From an uncultured Verrucomicrobiae bacterium (GTDB lineage: Bacteria > Verrucomicrobiota > Verrucomicrobiia > Chthoniobacterales > JAFAMB01): a DNA stretch of 64,000 bases. The DNA lies in the NCBI GenBank assembly GCA_963837955.1, contig CAWIPH010000002.1:2560001-2624000 (forward strand), read 5' to 3'. The position numbers were made by a program, and so were the translations under genes. Numbering within the stretch: the stretch's first letter is position 1; each line of letters starts with the position of its first letter. The notes under the pieces are model-generated. The model ran no database searches and was not told the DNA's origin. It saw nothing but the letters and a program-made list of their open reading frames with translations. Below, one piece after another: positions 60,954-64,000 of the stretch.

Positions 60954-61787
60954 ATGAAAAAAACAGTCTTAATCACCGGGACGTCCAGCGGCTTGGGTAA
61001 GGCCTGCGCAAAAGTTTTTGTGAAGAACGGCTGGAATGTTCTTGCTACCATGCGGCGACCGGACCGGGAAGAAGAGCTCACTAAACTCCGTGACGTGCTG
61101 GTGACCCGGCTCGATGTCGAAGACCAACTGACTATCAGGGAGGCCATTGAGGCCGGCATCGATCGCTTCGGGCGAATAGACGTGCTGATCAACAACGCCG
61201 GTTTCGGACTTTACGGCCCGTTTGAGGCGACTGCGCGGGGTAAAGTTATGGAGCAGTTTTCAGTTAACGTCTTTGGTGTAATGGACGTTACACGGGCCAT
61301 GCTGCCGCACTTCCGGAAGCATAGAGATGGCTTGATCATCAATATTAGCTCGGGCGCCGGCATCTTTGCCCTGCCGATGATATCGCCGTATTGCGCCTCG
61401 AAGTTTGCTCTCGAGGGATTTTCAGAGTCACTGTCCTACGAACTCGCTCCCTTCAATATTGTGGTGAAGATCGTCGAGCCCGGTGGTGTGAGCACCAGTT
61501 TCGGAAAAAGGAGTAGCGACGAGGCAGCTCAGAATGCGGCTTTGGCCGATTACGACGCTTTCGTGGCCGGCGCGAATGCGATCTTTGCGAAGCTGAGAGC
61601 ACAGCGACTGGCGAGCGACCAAGATGTCGCCCGGGTTATATTTGAGGCCGCTACTGATGGGACGACTCGGCTGCGTTATGTGGCCACTAATGACATTTTG
61701 CCGATCGTGAAGGCCAGGCGCGAGACGTCGGAAGAAAAATACATCGAGTTCATGCGATCTCAGTTTCTACCAAAGTTAGACTCCTGA
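60954..61787 (+). CDS. SDR oxidoreductase
   Basis: TGTSSGLG, NNAG and YCASKFALEG motifs. Confidence 0.95.
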   Translation: MKKTVLITGTSSGLGKACAKVFVKNGWNVLATMRRPDREEELTKLRDVLVTRLDVEDQLTIREAIEAGIDRFGRIDVLINNAGFGLYGPFEATARGKVMEQFSVNVFGVMDVTRAMLPHFRKHRDGLIINISSGAGIFALPMISPYCASKFALEGFSESLSYELAPFNIVVKIVEPGGVSTSFGKRSSDEAAQNAALADYDAFVAGANAIFAKLRAQRLASDQDVARVIFEAATDGTTRLRYVATNDILPIVKARRETSEEKYIEFMRSQFLPKLDS

Positions 61788-62090
61788 GAATGGGAACGTT
61801 ACCCAGAACCACGCTCCCATGACCGCAATCAACCAAGAAATCCACGCGACTATCGAACACACATTTGGCCGGCGTCTCCAAAACCAATTAACCCGTGCCA
61901 GCTCGTCCTCGAGTACTGTCTGACAGTGAAACTCAGCTTTTTGAAGCGGTTCGACAGGGGCTAGCTCATCATACTTCCAACGTTGATCGTCGTGTAGATC
62001 CGTCCAAAATCTACCTCGGCGTTCTCGAAATTTAATTCTTGGCCCAGAGAAGGTATACAAGTAGTTAGTTCCGGTTTCACTCTTCTTCAT
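61776..62090 (-). CDS. Hypothetical membrane protein, 3'-truncated paralogue of 43712-44176
   Basis: WTDLHDDQRWKYDELAPV...DELARVNWFWRRRP; ends after the first TM, overlapping the SDR 3' end. Confidence 0.65.
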   Translation of the reverse strand: MKKSETGTNYLYTFSGPRIKFRERRGRFWTDLHDDQRWKYDELAPVEPLQKAEFHCQTVLEDELARVNWFWRRRPNVCSIVAWISWLIAVMGAWFWVTFPFSGV

Positions 62091-62214
62091 CTGTCTTACT
62101 TTCGAAGATTTTCTTGAAACGAAATGACCAGTCTCGGCTGCAGGCTGTACCAATTTATTCGACTCAGCCCCGGTTATGGATTTTCTGCAATAGAGCGGCA
62201 ATTTAGGTGGCAAT

Positions 62215-62250
62215 GCCCGTTTTTTGACTCAACCGCCGTTATTATTAGCC
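62215..62250 (-). promoter_or_regulatory. Conserved 21-bp-period motif copy (putative AraC site)
   Basis: Minus strand GGCTA ATAAT AACGGC GGTTG AGTCA AAAAACGGGC. Confidence 0.55.
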
Positions 62251-62498
62251 GAAATGCCCATACTGATGGCCGCGTTTTCTTAACCGGCAGCTGCGCAAGA
62301 ATAAGAAACTATTCCGCAAGAATTGGGTGCCGACACTCGGGCACTGGTCGCCTACAGTTCTAACGGAGAGGTATTGAAATGAAATTAGATGACCACAAGG
62401 AAAGGCCGGATACGCACGGCTTTCTTAACGGCTGTTGCGCGAGCGAATCGCGCGTGGACCGCAAAGCGACTTACAACCGATCAACAGGAGATAAATAA

Positions 62499-63089
62499 AT
62501 GCACAAGCACAAGACACAACAGAGCGTACAAGCAATCTCTGCCAGCTATGGCGTAAAGAAGCTTGGTCCGAAGGATGGTCGAACCATTGAGGTGGGTGGT
62601 GTTCGCTTGACTTGGAAAGCTAGGGGAGTGGATACCGGCTATGCCAATAGCATCTATGAAATGGACCTGCCCCCTGGTAAGGGCATTCCAATCCATAGTC
62701 ATCCATATGCGGAGGTGTTTTATGTAACTATCGGGTATACTGACTTTCTCCGGATCGATGAGCAAGGTCAGGAGGAGTGGGTACGCTGCGGCCCTGGGGA
62801 GACCCTAATTGCACCGGCAAACGCGTTGCACGCGTTTCACAATCGGACTGATGAGCCGACGCGCTTTCTCAGCTCCTCGGGTTACTACCATGAAGTCAGC
62901 CTGGAGAGATACGGTCAGGCAGTCGATATCAACTCCCCGTTGTCTCCGGAGAAGGAACCCACCGAGGCGGAGGCAGAGCAGTATCTGGAAGTACTTAAAG
63001 ATGCGATGAGCGTGCAGATGTACTTTCCGCAATCAAAAGCCGAGAGCGGGCTCGCTATTCTCCAGGAACTGGCTAAGCGGAACACGTAG
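62499..63089 (+). CDS. Cupin domain protein
   Basis: PIHSHPYAEVFYV and APANALHAFHN motifs; AGGAG RBS. Confidence 0.88.
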   Translation: MHKHKTQQSVQAISASYGVKKLGPKDGRTIEVGGVRLTWKARGVDTGYANSIYEMDLPPGKGIPIHSHPYAEVFYVTIGYTDFLRIDEQGQEEWVRCGPGETLIAPANALHAFHNRTDEPTRFLSSSGYYHEVSLERYGQAVDINSPLSPEKEPTEAEAEQYLEVLKDAMSVQMYFPQSKAESGLAILQELAKRNT

Positions 63090-63496
63090 GGTTGCTCTGT
63101 TTAGCGGGATTTGTTCTCTACGCCGACCACAGCTCTCCTGGGAGGTTACCGGGTCACCAGTAAAACCAGTATAACTGATCTGTAGCGGTCAAATGGTAGG
63201 ACACCCTTACCGCTCTGGCAGGAATTAGGTAATCGTTGAGGCCGAGTTTCGGATCCAATGTTCGGTCGGACGTAGAAGAAGGAGGAAATTCGAATGAACA
63301 GATCTAACCGGAATTTTTCAGTTTGGATGCAAATTTGGCAAAGCGGTGAGGTACCGGCAGTCTAAGCAGAGTTTCCGGCGATCCGAACAAGAACTCACAG
63401 GCATTGAAAAGATTGCGCTCTACTAGAGGCCATAAACTACTAGCAGCACGAACGATTCGCAAAAGCTGCTGACTCTAACCAAAAAATTTAGAATCT

Positions 63497-64000
63497 ATGA
63501 AATTAGGATTTATATGCCCCAATACGCCCGGTCACATTAATCCGATGACGGCGTTGGCCCGGCATTTACAAATACGTAATCACGAGGTAGTGTTCCTGTA
63601 TTCATCGGCAGCCGCCGGTTTACCATGTATACCTGACGATGCAAAGGACAAATTCAATGAGAATAGAGCGGAAATAAGTAAAAAGAGCGGAGAGAGCGGG
63701 ACACAGCAGGGTATGCGCGCCTTGATGCGGCAGGCCGAGTCAACATTGAAGTCGTTGCCAAGGATTGTAGATACTAATCAAATCGACGCGCTGGTAATTG
63801 ATTCCATTCAATTCTATGCGGAGTTGAGCGCGATCCAGTACGGTATACCATATGTACATGTCTGTAACGCCTTGCAGCTTGACTTTTCCGGGCGTACGCC
63901 TCTGTGCCTAACTAACTGGCCGCACGAGACTACACCCGAGGCGTTGGCTAGAAACCGAGATGGAGTCACGAGATTTGTTCAGGCGGTGCAAGACGCCAAC
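63497..64000 (+). CDS. GT1/MGT family glycosyltransferase (partial, runs off the window)
   Basis: Not in the ORF track. Read from the sequence as MKLGFICPNTPGHINPMTALAR...PYVHVCNALQLDFSGRTP...WPHETTPEALARN, homologous to 47237-48517. Confidence 0.88.
   Translation, partial: MKLGFICPNTPGHINPMTALARHLQIRNHEVVFLYSSAAAGLPCIPDDAKDKFNENRAEISKKSGESGTQQGMRALMRQAESTLKSLPRIVDTNQIDALVIDSIQFYAELSAIQYGIPYVHVCNALQLDFSGRTPLCLTNWPHETTPEALARNRDGVTRFVQAVQDAN

Noticed and set aside
1..64000. tRNA, rRNA, riboswitch or prophage structural genes
   Set aside because: None was recognised by eye. tRNAscan-SE and Infernal were not run, so small RNAs could be missed.

Overview
A 64-kb accessory region from a moderately GC-rich bacterium. 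The gene types and intergenic repeats suggest a soil Verrucomicrobia/PVC-type organism, which is an inference. No rRNA, tRNA or CRISPR array was seen. The window holds about 50 detoxification, redox, transport and regulatory genes: 3 LysR, 2 close AraC paralogues plus a relic, MarR, ArsR, SDRs, a GMC oxidoreductase, a StyA-like monooxygenase, a Tat-exported oxalate decarboxylase, RND and EmrAB efflux, and 2 MGT glycosyltransferases. It also has an ECF sigma factor paired with a Ser/Thr kinase-STAND protein, several pseudogenes and fragments, a 432-bp miniature Tn3 element and REP/REPIN-like palindromes. Two signals stand out. (1) An unannotated ~37-bp motif, RGACA-N5-YACGGC-N5-RGACAAAAA, with a 21-bp period occurs 8 times. 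Each copy lies 70-140 bp upstream of a gene and points the same way as it, including both AraC units and four unknown membrane or secreted proteins. This is a candidate new AraC regulon. (2) An ~8-kb block bracketed by ~79-bp direct repeats encodes a TPR-SLOG-like protein with a degenerate cyclase domain, a YHS protein and an NLR-like DUF4062-STAND-TM-15xWD40 protein. This is a candidate nucleotide-signalling or immunity module.
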